DNA from: a virus
Reading direction: 5' to 3' (one strand)
IMG/VR virus record: IMGVR_UViG_3300042359_000621
DNA: 64,000 bases
Part shown: positions 8,897-17,559 of the stretch, one piece after another
Layout of the letters: every line of letters begins with the position of its first letter
Numbering within the stretch: the first letter of the stretch is position 1
Translations under genes and position numbers: made by a program
The notes under the pieces: model-generated
Database searches by the model: none
What the model was told of the DNA's origin: nothing
What the model saw: the letters and a program-made list of their open reading frames with translations, nothing else

Positions 8897-9412
8897 TTAC
8901 AGTTTCATTGAGTTTTCAATTTTGTCCAACTGCTTCATCATCGCAACAGCCCCCGCATTTTCGTTAGCATAGTTACCAACAGCTTGCATTAAATATACAG
9001 CTTGAGTGTCAAGTTGTTTCTGAGTATTCAACTTTTCAGTAAAGCGTTTTAGAGAACCTTCAGCCACACCTTTAACATATTGTTGGTCAGCTTCGTACCA
9101 TTCAGTCCGTGCTTTATCAACCTTCAATTGAGCTTCAACAATTATCTTTTTATTGGATGCTGCTTTAATCGCATTCTCGGCGATAATCTTAGCTCCCTTA
9201 GCCTCATTCTCGGAGGGGTTGACTCGGTCGGGAATGTTGAATTGTTGGTCAAAATCATCGGTTCCTGCATAGCTGCGTTCACGGGTATAGGGGGTGATAT
9301 CACCTTTTCCGGTAGGGGTCATCACTTTAGAGAAATTAGCACCCGTGCCAGCTTCTTTGATAATGTTTCCGGTTGAAAATCGACTGCGTAACCCGTCTAG
9401 TTTAGTTGCCAT
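8897..9412 (-). CDS. Hypothetical protein
   Basis: The track ORF was trimmed to the ATG at 9412 (MATKLDGL), just past the stop of 9402..9668. Confidence 0.45.
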   Translation of the reverse strand: MATKLDGLRSRFSTGNIIKEAGTGANFSKVMTPTGKGDITPYTRERSYAGTDDFDQQFNIPDRVNPSENEAKGAKIIAENAIKAASNKKIIVEAQLKVDKARTEWYEADQQYVKGVAEGSLKRFTEKLNTQKQLDTQAVYLMQAVGNYANENAGAVAMMKQLDKIENSMKL

Positions 9413-9668
9413 TGATTTTACTCCACTCATTAAGTAATTGTTTTTTACAACCTTCACCACCTTTAGCTTTTAGGCATTTTTCATACCCTGAAAGATTGGC
9501 TACAGCTACAAACTTCTGAAATTCCTCTGTTGGTTTATTTGTTAATCTGACAACTTCAGAAGTTATCAAGCCAACTAACAATAAACTCAACAGAGCCATT
9601 GACCAATTGAAAACGTGAAACCCTGTTATCTGGGGGGAGGTCTGGGTTTCAGATTGTTGTAAATACAT
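9402..9668 (-). CDS. Small single-pass membrane protein
   Basis: TM segment WSMALLSLLLVGLITSEVV. Confidence 0.45.
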   Translation of the reverse strand: MYLQQSETQTSPQITGFHVFNWSMALLSLLLVGLITSEVVRLTNKPTEEFQKFVAVANLSGYEKCLKAKGGEGCKKQLLNEWSKINGN

Positions 9669-10217
9669 TTAGTTTGTCTCCAATTTCTGACTGTTTGCAT
9701 CTAAATACCCCGCTATCGCACCACCAATAAACCCTGCCAGATGACCTTCCCAACTAATCCCTTGCGCAACCGATGGCAGCATTCCGCCGATTAAACCTTG
9801 AAATATTACCCAAGTGATTGTTGCACATACCAAATTAGGGAAATCCAACCGGAATATAGCTGACAAAAGGCAAAATCCAAAAAATCCATATATCACCCCG
9901 CTTGCTCCTATATGATTTGAACCAGGTTGACCAAAGAACCAAACACCAAAGCCTTCAATTATTGAAATCAGCCAAAAGTTGTAATTAAATTTTCCAGGGG
10001 CTTTGAAAATTGTCAAAGTTGCCAATGGCAAATATCCGACTGTGTTCCCTATCAAGTGTTGGGGATCTCCGTGTAGGAATGGCGAGGTTATAATTCCCAA
10101 CATTCCTATACCTTCCACTCCTGGTCTGATTCCAAAATAATCAAATCCGGGGAAAAACATCTCTAAAGCCCACATTATTCCCAGATAGGTAGCTGCACAC
10201 TTAAAATCTTTCAACAT
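9669..10217 (-). CDS. Rhomboid family intramembrane serine protease
   Basis: FLHGDPQHLIGN (the H..H..N motif), catalytic GASGVIYG (GxSG) and a distal WEGHLAGFIGGAIAG (catalytic His plus GxxxG). Polytopic. Confidence 0.8.
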   Translation of the reverse strand: MLKDFKCAATYLGIMWALEMFFPGFDYFGIRPGVEGIGMLGIITSPFLHGDPQHLIGNTVGYLPLATLTIFKAPGKFNYNFWLISIIEGFGVWFFGQPGSNHIGASGVIYGFFGFCLLSAIFRLDFPNLVCATITWVIFQGLIGGMLPSVAQGISWEGHLAGFIGGAIAGYLDANSQKLETN

Positions 10218-10220
10218 GGA

Positions 10221-10373
10221 TTTACCAGTCTAAAATTATCGAACCCGGTGTTTGATTTTGTGGTGATTGTGTTTGGCGTTGGTTTGGTAAACTTAGTTTT
10301 CCAGAATAGAGGAAAAAAGCCAAGGCAACTAACGCAATACCACCCCAAATTAAATTCTGTTTGTTTTTTTCCA
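10221..10373 (-). CDS. Small membrane protein (50 aa, not in the ORF track)
   Basis: ATG at 10373 preceded by AAGGA. MEKNKQNLIWGGIALVALAFFLY.. contains one TM helix. Confidence 0.4.
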
Positions 10374-10389
10374 TATTTTCCTTTGTTGT

Positions 10390-10530
10390 TTATCTGTTCG
10401 TTTTGAATTGTTCATAATATCGGTTACAAACAATGTTGTTATGGATTGCAACTAACGGGGGAATTGTTAGGTAAATAAAAATTCCAAAAATCATCCATTG
10501 GATAATAAATCTATGGTTTATCGTTATCAC
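10390..10530 (-). CDS. Small membrane protein (46 aa, GTG start uncertain)
   Basis: GTGA overlap with the upstream stop. WMIFGIFIYLTIPPLVAI is a TM segment. Confidence 0.3.
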   Translation of the reverse strand: MITINHRFIIQWMIFGIFIYLTIPPLVAIHNNIVCNRYYEQFKTNR

Positions 10531-10688
10531 AAATCCCCCTCTATATAAGCTCGACAAAAGGCTCCGGTATTGTCTGGGGTGCGATTATCGGTAATATCTG
10601 CACCCCCTCTCTTTAGGCAAATAAAATAAGTTAAGAACCAAACTACTATCCAAAACATCATTTCTTTGCGTGTGTAAAAATTCCACAT
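10527..10688 (-). CDS. Small membrane protein (53 aa, not in the ORF track)
   Basis: ATG at 10688. MMFWIVVWFLTYFICL is a TM segment. Confidence 0.35.
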   Translation of the reverse strand: MWNFYTRKEMMFWIVVWFLTYFICLKRGGADITDNRTPDNTGAFCRAYIEGDL

Positions 10689-10736
10689 TGGTTTCTGTGA
10701 TGTTTCAATTCTTGTTTAAATCAATAATAAAAACCA

Positions 10737-10988
10737 TCAGTTTCGATTATTGATAATCACAGGTGGGGATGGTTGACTAGGACGTTCAACATACCTTGCA
10801 CCCCCCATAACAATCGGAGATATAAAAATCAAAAATATAAATCCTAGTGGTATCCACAAGATATCTGAAGACCAACCCCCAGATTTAATGTTTTGATTGG
10901 GTTGTTGTTGGCAATTATTAAAAGGTTGTTGCTGGTAGTTTTGACCAGGAGCTTCATAATAGTTGACTTCGATTTTTGGCTTACTCAT
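10737..10988 (-). CDS. Small membrane protein with a Q/N-rich N-terminus
   Basis: TM segment ILWIPLGFIFLIFISPIVMGG. Confidence 0.45.
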   Translation of the reverse strand: MSKPKIEVNYYEAPGQNYQQQPFNNCQQQPNQNIKSGGWSSDILWIPLGFIFLIFISPIVMGGARYVERPSQPSPPVIINNRN

Positions 10989-11015
10989 GATTTTCTCCTT
11001 TTAATTATTAAAAAA

Positions 11016-11423
11016 TTAATCGTTTCTGATGTTGTAAACAGTCGGTGCATTTCCTTGAGGAACAGAATAAGCACCTGAAGGCATTGCAGTAGGATTTATT
11101 TGTGGTCTTGCTAAAAAGTTTTGCAAAACTAAGCCTCCAACAATTCCTAAAACTAACCACTGCCAACCTTTTAATTTGTCAAAGATATTGTCTTTCATTG
11201 TTTCATCCTCTCCTAATAGTTCGTTGATTAATGCTAATTTTTCATAATCTTTATCAGAACAAACTTTCTGAGATAAGATTCTTTTTTTCATCTGTTTAAG
11301 CTCAGAAGAACTTAAAGATGATTGTGTTTTGACTCCCGATGTTGAATCTGTAACCTGGTAATCCTGAATCACCGTATCCGCGTTCTGCAATCTCTGGATT
11401 CTGTTGATACTGATGTGGTTCAT
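11016..11423 (-). CDS. C-terminally anchored membrane protein
   Basis: TM segment WQWLVLGIVGGLVLQNFL. The true start is possibly internal, because the N-terminus overlaps 11302..11622. Confidence 0.4.
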   Translation of the reverse strand: MNHISINRIQRLQNADTVIQDYQVTDSTSGVKTQSSLSSSELKQMKKRILSQKVCSDKDYEKLALINELLGEDETMKDNIFDKLKGWQWLVLGIVGGLVLQNFLARPQINPTAMPSGAYSVPQGNAPTVYNIRND

Positions 11424-11622
11424 ATTCTTGAGTTTCTTGAGGTAATGTGTACTCGTATTCTTGGGTTACAGTTCTGCGGTTTCGGCATGGACTTTGTGGC
11501 ATGGTTTCTGTTTGCAAATAAGCATCTTGGTAGGTATACCCTTGGGGTAATTCAGATGCCATAGCTTGACCTGTCACGGATGTGACCAAGCACAAGACAA
11601 GGCTTGTGCCAAGTTGTGCCAT
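11302..11622 (-). CDS. Secreted protein with a signal peptide
   Basis: Trimmed to MAQLGTSLVLCLVTSVTGQAMA, a signal peptide with an AxA cleavage site. Confidence 0.4.
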   Translation of the reverse strand: MAQLGTSLVLCLVTSVTGQAMASELPQGYTYQDAYLQTETMPQSPCRNRRTVTQEYEYTLPQETQEYEPHQYQQNPEIAERGYGDSGLPGYRFNIGSQNTIIFKFF

Positions 11623-11690
11623 GTTTTTTACCGGAATCACCGTACCACATGACAGGTTGTCGTGAACCAACGGGAGAAGAATTGTATCCA

Positions 11691-11885
11691 TCATTTTGAG
11701 TCCTTTTCAATGAGATTAATAAACTGGTTTCTTGCAGAGAGTAGACTGCAAATCCCGTTAGCATTTGCTTGAATCATCCAGAGGGCTAACCCGCCACCAA
11801 TACCTGTTCCAATTATCAAGAGTATGATTGTATTTATCATTGATTTCTTGATGTTGTTTGCTGTTTTTACGATAGATGACACCAT
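11691..11885 (-). CDS. Small membrane protein
   Basis: TM segment INTIILLIIGTGIGGGLALWMI. Confidence 0.45.
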   Translation of the reverse strand: MVSSIVKTANNIKKSMINTIILLIIGTGIGGGLALWMIQANANGICSLLSARNQFINLIEKDSK

Positions 11886-11964
11886 GATTAAACCCTGATT
11901 ATTGAACTAACAAATCCCTCCGTGCATAAGAAAAACTACTTCGGGATATTGTTTTTTAATTGGT

Positions 11965-12510
11965 TTATTTGCCCTCCGGCAATGCAAAGTAACCGAGTAC
12001 GTTTTCACTTCCGGTAAGTTGAAATCGATCTGCTCTTTCGACCTCTCGAATCTCGGCATCAATAATCATTCCCACCTGATTGAAACAGGTTGTTACTTTT
12101 GCAAATTCAAAGCCTTGGGCAAAATGTTCTAAGACTTTATCCTGTAGTTTTTCCGCAGCCAGTTCAACAACCTTGGGGGCTATTTGTTCGGCTAGATTGT
12201 CAGCCATTTTGTCGATTGTTTCAGCCATTGATCCAGCCGCGTGTTCGGCTTTTCCGCCCGTTTTCTTTTGCTGTGATTGCAGGTCTTTAACGTACTTTTC
12301 AACAGCTTGGGAGACAGATAACGAGTGAGTTTGTTGTATCGCGATGATTGAGGAAAGAATCGCTACCATCCCATTTTGAGGAACATTTGTTGCGTCAAAA
12401 TGGAAATTTTCTACCAGAGAGGAAATGATTAATCTAGCTCTTTCTGGTTTGACTTTAACCGCAGAGGCGATCGCGTCAAGGTCGTAGTTTTGTTGAGTTT
12501 GTGCTGTCAT
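11965..12510 (-). CDS. Hypothetical protein
   Basis: 181-aa ORF with a 4-nt overlap to the upstream gene. Confidence 0.5.
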   Translation of the reverse strand: MTAQTQQNYDLDAIASAVKVKPERARLIISSLVENFHFDATNVPQNGMVAILSSIIAIQQTHSLSVSQAVEKYVKDLQSQQKKTGGKAEHAAGSMAETIDKMADNLAEQIAPKVVELAAEKLQDKVLEHFAQGFEFAKVTTCFNQVGMIIDAEIREVERADRFQLTGSENVLGYFALPEGK

Positions 12511-12764
12511 AGTCCTCTTAATTTAATGTCGTTTAAAATCCGTTCACGGGTTCGAGTTCTTGCCCTGTTTTTGTACTCGATTAACTTGCTTGCAGCATCA
12601 GCCGAAATCATGCCGTCATTGGGTTGAAAATCAAATTCCTCTGGGCTTAAAACGCCTCGGAGGTCTTGACATAGGGTTCGGAGATAATTAACCGAAACTC
12701 CTAAACTCTCGGCTACCTGCTCACGGGTAAAATGGGTAATTTCCTCAATACTTGCGCTCCGCAT
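12507..12764 (-). CDS. HTH DNA-binding protein
   Basis: FTREQVAESLGVSVNYLRTL is HTH-like. Confidence 0.45.
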   Translation of the reverse strand: MRSASIEEITHFTREQVAESLGVSVNYLRTLCQDLRGVLSPEEFDFQPNDGMISADAASKLIEYKNRARTRTRERILNDIKLRGL

Positions 12765-12887
12765 AAATGATTACAAATCGTTTGGTTTCTGTTTGTTAAG
12801 CGAAATGAAACGCTTGACTAACAACAACAATAAACCCCCTACAGAGAGGGGGTCAATGTCATTTCGTCACTGGATGTCATTCTGTCA

Positions 12888-13103
12888 CTAATTACTCATT
12901 GTTTGAGCTAACAAAGATAGGTGACGACGGAAAACAACGTATTTAGGAGCGTTGTTATTGGAGTTGTTTTGATGTCTAAAAACCGTTCTCCGGTCGGCTC
13001 CTGTCTGAATGCAAATCCAATCAATAGATTTATTGTATTTGCTTACAAATTCCTGAACCGATAGTTCGGTTGATGTTTGATATACCATTGTAATAGCCTC
13101 CAA
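12888..13103 (-). CDS. Small putative DNA-binding protein
   Basis: 71-aa ORF. WICIQTGADRRTVFRH is HTH-like. Confidence 0.35.
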   Translation of the reverse strand: MEAITMVYQTSTELSVQEFVSKYNKSIDWICIQTGADRRTVFRHQNNSNNNAPKYVVFRRHLSLLAQTMSN

Positions 13104-13169
13104 GTTGTGCTTAGTCGTGAACTTGTGGGTGGGATTGATCGGCTGTTATCCGATCAATCCCCTTTAAGT

Positions 13170-13439
13170 TTAAATTCGTGAATTTCGCCACGCTTCTATG
13201 CTTTCCCAACCGATAGGGATCAATGGGATTAAGTTGCTTGGTTTATAGCATTTCTCATGAATCCGTCCAGCCTCTATACTGAATGACCTGGTACTCGGCG
13301 GGATCTCTTTTCCACACTCTACACAAACAACAGACTCGGGTTTGTAAGCAGTGGGATTCATTAGGTCTTTAAGCTCCTCTGGAGATGGGGTATATTCGTC
13401 GATATCCCATTCATCATCGCTATAGTTATCCATGTTCAT
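13170..13439 (-). CDS. Small zinc-ribbon-like protein
   Basis: The track ORF was trimmed to MNMDNYSDDEW. It has CVECGK...HEKC. The longer N-terminal extension would overlap the opposite-strand RHH gene. Confidence 0.4.
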   Translation of the reverse strand: MNMDNYSDDEWDIDEYTPSPEELKDLMNPTAYKPESVVCVECGKEIPPSTRSFSIEAGRIHEKCYKPSNLIPLIPIGWESIEAWRNSRI

Positions 13440-13551
13440 TTGACTTGTTTTAAGGTGGGGTTGGGATTGAGGTGAGAGGGGTTGGAGCCTTCTCGCCTCT
13501 TTTAGCGTGATTAAAATATTGTACACTGAACAGTAACAATAATGGAACAAT

Positions 13552-13782
13552 ATGGCAAGCGACAAGAAAAACAGAATTAACTCAACGCTCCCGGAATTCC
13601 ATCGGAAATGGTTAAAGGTATGGGCTTTCCTGAAGTGCACCACGCCGACCGCATTGGCTGGCAATATTCTCCAGGCTAGGATCGAAGCTAACCTAGACTT
13701 GATTAGTCGGATGTTAGCAGAAAGGTCTGAAGATTTGGGGATATCTTCAGACGAGTTAATCAATCGGATTTTGGATGAATAG
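13552..13782 (+). CDS. Ribbon-helix-helix (Arc/CopG-like) DNA-binding protein
   Basis: INSTLPEFHRKWLKVWAF..ALAGNILQARIE fits the RHH beta-alpha-alpha pattern. It is the only plus-strand gene inside the early-left operon. Confidence 0.5.
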   Translation: MASDKKNRINSTLPEFHRKWLKVWAFLKCTTPTALAGNILQARIEANLDLISRMLAERSEDLGISSDELINRILDE

Positions 13783-14115
13783 CTAAAACAAACTTAATTG
13801 ACCCTCATTAGCAACCGCTTTACGTTTTGGATTGTTCCACGATTCCCCACGACTGTTGACACAGTTTCGCCAGTCGGGATAGGTTCTGAATGGTTGTTTC
13901 AGAGCCACAAATTTCGGAACGAGTTTCAATTCCTCAAGCCAGATTTTATAAGGGGAATATTCTCTGGCTCCGAATGGATACCGCGCATTGACATATTCCC
14001 GTGCGTCTTGTGGGTTAATTTCTTGACCGAGGCAAGCGCATTGTGCTTCATATTCAAGGAGGGAGTTTGCAATCTTTGATATTGAACAATCGCGCCAAGA
14101 CATTGATTTTTTCAT
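13783..14115 (-). CDS. Hypothetical protein
   Basis: 110-aa ORF. Confidence 0.45.
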   Translation of the reverse strand: MKKSMSWRDCSISKIANSLLEYEAQCACLGQEINPQDAREYVNARYPFGAREYSPYKIWLEELKLVPKFVALKQPFRTYPDWRNCVNSRGESWNNPKRKAVANEGQLSLF

Positions 14116-14408
14116 TACTTAACAAGTGTGGGACTAAAATCAACCTCACAATCCAAGTCCCAAAATAGATTGGCAGAGGTTCTATATAGGCAAAAAACAC
14201 GGTCACTCTCAAGATCAATTAAGTAACATTCTTGCCTTTTGTCTTCCTGGTTCCAATGTTCGCCCGTTGATTGGCAGTCATTGGGGTCAATTAATTGACT
14301 TTCTAATTTGCGACGATCCTCTATTCTTAACATCCGAGAATCAAACCCTCGTTTTTCAACAGATGACAGCCAATTGTATAATCGTCGAGACCCAGTAACT
14401 TTAATCAT
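14115..14408 (-). CDS. Hypothetical protein
   Basis: 97-aa ORF with a 1-nt overlap to the next gene. Confidence 0.45.
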   Translation of the reverse strand: MIKVTGSRRLYNWLSSVEKRGFDSRMLRIEDRRKLESQLIDPNDCQSTGEHWNQEDKRQECYLIDLESDRVFCLYRTSANLFWDLDCEVDFSPTLVK

Positions 14409-14561
14409 TTAATTACCCTCCGAACTAGGATAGTTAAGCCAATACCAAAACGTGATTAATTGATAGTTGGCTGGGTTTCTGTGGCGGATAATATTACGCC
14501 ATAGTCTGAAGTTAGTCTTGTAGTCATGTGACCCGTCGCGCCATAAGTTAATTAGATTCAT
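14409..14561 (-). CDS. Small hypothetical protein (50 aa, not in the track)
   Basis: ATG at 14561. The stop directly abuts the ATG at 14408. Confidence 0.3.
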   Translation of the reverse strand: MNLINLWRDGSHDYKTNFRLWRNIIRHRNPANYQLITFWYWLNYPSSEGN

Positions 14562-14569
14562 GCTGTCCT

Positions 14570-14830
14570 TTACTTTCTAGGGTTTAGCGATCGCCTATAA
14601 ATTGCCATCGCTCTAATGTGGTTTGGATCATTGATATTTTCATGACACTGAATCCAATTTCTTATCAGCGTCAAATTGTACAAATATCCCGCCCGATTCC
14701 CGCCAGGGCGTTTGTAATAATGAATTTTGTCAATCCATTTTTTACGATAATGTTTGACGGAATCGGCACTCCTCAGTCCCAAGAGTTGGGCGGCTTCCGT
14801 CTTGGAGCCAAATTCGTAGGCTGCAATCAT
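14570..14830 (-). CDS. Excisionase-type/MerR-like HTH DNA-binding protein
   Basis: TEAAQLLGLRSADSVKHYRKKW..YLYNLTLIRNWI matches the HTH_17/Xis-like pattern. Confidence 0.45.
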   Translation of the reverse strand: MIAAYEFGSKTEAAQLLGLRSADSVKHYRKKWIDKIHYYKRPGGNRAGYLYNLTLIRNWIQCHENINDPNHIRAMAIYRRSLNPRK

Positions 14831-15258
14831 AAACCTTGAATCCTTAACTGAATAGGAACCTCGTTAATCTCCAACAATCCTTTTTTAGAAAGTTTTGCCA
14901 ATTCAACCTGAACATCTTGCACGTCGAATTTAATTTCTTTCTCCTTCCCCAATGGAGTTACGCCAGAACAGTCAAGTATTGTGATCAGATTTTCTGGTGT
15001 AACTTCTAAATCTTTATTGCAGCCATAAAGAAGACGAAGCATATAGAGAATGTAGACAGATTTGTTTATTCCCCCTGCTATTAAATCCGATTGCAAATTA
15101 TAAACAGATTGGACTAATTTACCCTGTTCATTCATCACTGTCCCCATATTTTTCTCTGGGAATTGGACAATATTTTCTTCCGTCGCCTCTGCATTTCCTA
15201 GCGAATACTCTCCCACAAACATGGTTTTCCTCCTATTTAGTAAATGCAATCTTGGCAT
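14827..15258 (-). CDS. Hypothetical protein
   Basis: 143-aa ORF with a 4-nt overlap. Confidence 0.45.
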   Translation of the reverse strand: MPRLHLLNRRKTMFVGEYSLGNAEATEENIVQFPEKNMGTVMNEQGKLVQSVYNLQSDLIAGGINKSVYILYMLRLLYGCNKDLEVTPENLITILDCSGVTPLGKEKEIKFDVQDVQVELAKLSKKGLLEINEVPIQLRIQGL

Positions 15259-15523
15259 CCCAGAGGGTTTGAAGCCACTGGTTTTGAGTTGGCATTAAGT
15301 GTTCGTTATTTTTGAATGGATAGGGGAATATTCTCCTTGCTATTTTAGACGCTAGGATCGCGTCTTTTTTAGAGTGAAAATACCCTGGGAAACATCGCCC
15401 CGATGCCAAGTGAGTGACACCCCAATAATCGTCATCAAGTCGGTTAACGGCTAACCATTTACGGACTGTTGCCTTTATTTTCCAGCGCCCATAAATAGTA
15501 TGGGTTACAATCGTTTTTCTCAT
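15233..15523 (-). CDS. Hypothetical protein
   Basis: 96-aa ORF. Confidence 0.4.
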   Translation of the reverse strand: MRKTIVTHTIYGRWKIKATVRKWLAVNRLDDDYWGVTHLASGRCFPGYFHSKKDAILASKIARRIFPYPFKNNEHLMPTQNQWLQTLWDAKIAFTK

Positions 15524-15711
15524 GACTCAACCCTTGTTCTTGTGATAACTGAAACGGGAACTCCGTCCCAATCTTCCTGGATATAGTATCTACCAGTGCC
15601 AGATTTGTTCATTTCCTCGCACTTTTTCCGAGCTTGATTAAATCTCGGATAAGACGCGATAATAACGCCTTTTCCTAGTTCCCAAATCGCGTAGCCCTTC
15701 TGTTTACTCAT
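15520..15711 (-). CDS. Hypothetical protein
   Basis: 63-aa ORF with a 4-nt overlap. Confidence 0.4.
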   Translation of the reverse strand: MSKQKGYAIWELGKGVIIASYPRFNQARKKCEEMNKSGTGRYYIQEDWDGVPVSVITRTRVES

Positions 15712-16057
15712 TACCTTTCTGTATTCGTCTTAGTGTTAATTTGGCATATTCAATGGCAAAAAATATGCCCCCCTCATACTGTTCTATGAGGTGTTCTGCA
15801 AACTCCTGATTTAGAGTTGGCAATTTGCAAAACAATTGTTGATAAATTTCCTCCGGTTGTGAGGTTTTTTTTGCTGACCGGAATGATGGGGCGACCCTAC
15901 CGTAATCGGCAGGGAGTTCCCCGACTCGCTTCCACTGGAAAAGCGTGGCTCTCCCTATCCCAAGATTTCGAGATATCTCCGTCAGGCTTTTGCCCGACTT
16001 AATAGCTTCGTAAGCTATTTTCCTAATTTCTGGAGAATAACGCTTCGTACTTGACAT
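15704..16057 (-). CDS. Homeodomain-like HTH protein
   Basis: IKSGKSLTEISRNLGIGRATLFQWKR is a classic HTH. Confidence 0.5.
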   Translation of the reverse strand: MSSTKRYSPEIRKIAYEAIKSGKSLTEISRNLGIGRATLFQWKRVGELPADYGRVAPSFRSAKKTSQPEEIYQQLFCKLPTLNQEFAEHLIEQYEGGIFFAIEYAKLTLRRIQKGNE

Positions 16058-16192
16058 CTGGTTTCTGGTTAATGGTTATTGGGTTAAAAAAAGGGTGTAA
16101 CTAGAGGGCTTTCCACCCCAGGAGATTCTTACTTACAAACACAATTAAATGATCTTTGTCTGGACATCACCTCCTTTCTGTCTTAAATTTAT

Positions 16193-16627
16193 TCAACACT
16201 CTGAAATATAGGTATAAGCATCATTTTGAAACTGCTCATTTTCCCGCAAAGATTGATGGTACTCTCCCATCTTTTTCAATGCGTGACCAAAATGTTTTAA
16301 TGTCCCTCCCTCAAGTTTTATTAAATAAGATCCATTGTTGTTGAAATAATTAGGAAATCTCGATGAAATTGGACTATACCAATACAAATACATTTCATCA
16401 TCTCCAATGAGCAGACCGATGTCACCTTGAAACATTTTTTCATCTTCATCAGAAAAGTCTTCAACCTTTTCTAATGTTTCGGATTTGATCGTGTGACACA
16501 AAAACGTAACGTCCGATACTATACTTGTGTCAATCTCTATGTCTAAAATGCCTGTTGTGGCTTCTAATGTCAGGTTGCTTCCCTGACTTAATAAATTTAT
16601 TAAAACCTGTAATTGTGGTGTTAGCAT
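16193..16627 (-). CDS. Hypothetical acidic protein
   Basis: 144-aa ORF. Confidence 0.45.
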   Translation of the reverse strand: MLTPQLQVLINLLSQGSNLTLEATTGILDIEIDTSIVSDVTFLCHTIKSETLEKVEDFSDEDEKMFQGDIGLLIGDDEMYLYWYSPISSRFPNYFNNNGSYLIKLEGGTLKHFGHALKKMGEYHQSLRENEQFQNDAYTYISEC

Positions 16628-16899
16628 ACATCTCCAAGTGATAAAACATAAACTTCTGTCCCTTGTTCAATTGTTCCTTCGCTCCATTCAGGCTTGGGGA
16701 TTCCCTTAGAGATTCCCAACAATTCAACAGTTATCGAGGGGACGCTGTTGCCGTATCCGTTGGTAAATCGGATATGGGTTAGTGGCTTATTGAATCGGGA
16801 TTGATAGTAAGGTTTAATCTCCCGATATTCCTCTAGCTTCACGCCGGAGGCTATCATGTCAAACCACTTTTTCTTGATGGCTAGAGTTAAGGTTTTCAT
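16621..16899 (-). CDS. ASCH domain protein
   Basis: LAIKKKWFDMIASGVKLEEYREIKPYY is typical of the ASCH N-terminus. Confidence 0.65.
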   Translation of the reverse strand: MKTLTLAIKKKWFDMIASGVKLEEYREIKPYYQSRFNKPLTHIRFTNGYGNSVPSITVELLGISKGIPKPEWSEGTIEQGTEVYVLSLGDVC

Positions 16900-17141
16900 A
16901 ACCCTTTTCCTGCTCTCATAAGTTCATTGATCCAGCGAGTGCGATCGCGCCCCGCTTGTTGACCATCTTCATAACACCCTTGATCAAGGTGTGCTATTAC
17001 TTCATCCCCTTTCAGGAGCCACCATTTCCGGTGATAAGGGACAGAACCCGTAGCGGTTCCCCAGAGTTCAACGCCTTCGGGCATCGCGTAATAATCTTTG
17101 TCGTAATTTGAAGCCACCCGTCTAATTTCTGATGCGTTCAT
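16896..17141 (-). CDS. Hypothetical protein
   Basis: 81-aa ORF. Confidence 0.45.
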   Translation of the reverse strand: MNASEIRRVASNYDKDYYAMPEGVELWGTATGSVPYHRKWWLLKGDEVIAHLDQGCYEDGQQAGRDRTRWINELMRAGKGL

Positions 17142-17163
17142 AATTCTCTTATTTATGCTGGGT

Positions 17164-17189
17164 TTTGAATTGGGGGAATTTCACCCCCT
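17164..17189 (-). repeat. Copy 1 of the conserved intergenic hairpin (minus strand GGGGGTGAAATTCCCCCAATTCAAA)
   Basis: Nearly identical to 17526-17551. Lies between the stop at 17232 and the start at 17141. Confidence 0.55.
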
Positions 17190-17231
17190 GAGTTAATCAG
17201 TCAAGAACCAAGGCAATTGTTAACCTGAGTT

Positions 17232-17495
17232 TTAGTCTTCGATAATTTTGATGCCGAAGTATTTCTCAAAATTTTCGTAGTCGTCAGATTCGCGGATATA
17301 AATATCTAATCCGTTACCGTTTTGGACAAAACCTCGGATATCCTTTGTTCCTTCTGGTAGATCATCCTCACCACCCAATAGGCAGGAATATCGGATTTCC
17401 TCTATATATTCGTCTTCGGTTAATTCAGCACCTTTACTTGATTGATATTCCCCATCTGTTGATGTAGGAGTAATTGAGTAGAAATATTTCGGCAT
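17232..17495 (-). CDS. Hypothetical protein
   Basis: Trimmed to the ATG at 17495 (MPKYFYS), so that the conserved hairpin is intergenic as in the other copies. Confidence 0.4.
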   Translation of the reverse strand: MPKYFYSITPTSTDGEYQSSKGAELTEDEYIEEIRYSCLLGGEDDLPEGTKDIRGFVQNGNGLDIYIRESDDYENFEKYFGIKIIED

Positions 17496-17525
17496 AACTT
17501 TCCTGGTTTCTTTTGTGTAGAGTGG

Positions 17526-17551
17526 TTTGAATTGGGGGAATTTCACCCCCA
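17526..17551 (-). repeat. Copy 2 of the conserved intergenic hairpin
   Basis: TTTGAATTGGGGGAATTTCACCCCC on the plus strand, the same as at 17164-17189. Confidence 0.55.
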
Positions 17552-17559
17552 GGAGTTGT

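Noticed and set aside
11552-11764. 70-aa minus-strand ORF overlapping 11302..11694 and 11691..11885
   Set aside because: It is fully overlapped by two ORFs with clear signal-peptide or TM features and has no feature of its own.
12835-12889. Hairpin CCCCCT/AGGGGG plus two 16-nt direct repeats (ATGTCATTYYGTCACT) after 12888..13103
   Set aside because: It is probably just a weak minus-strand terminator with adjacent short repeats. There is no second copy elsewhere and no clear functional context, so it is not reported as a finding.
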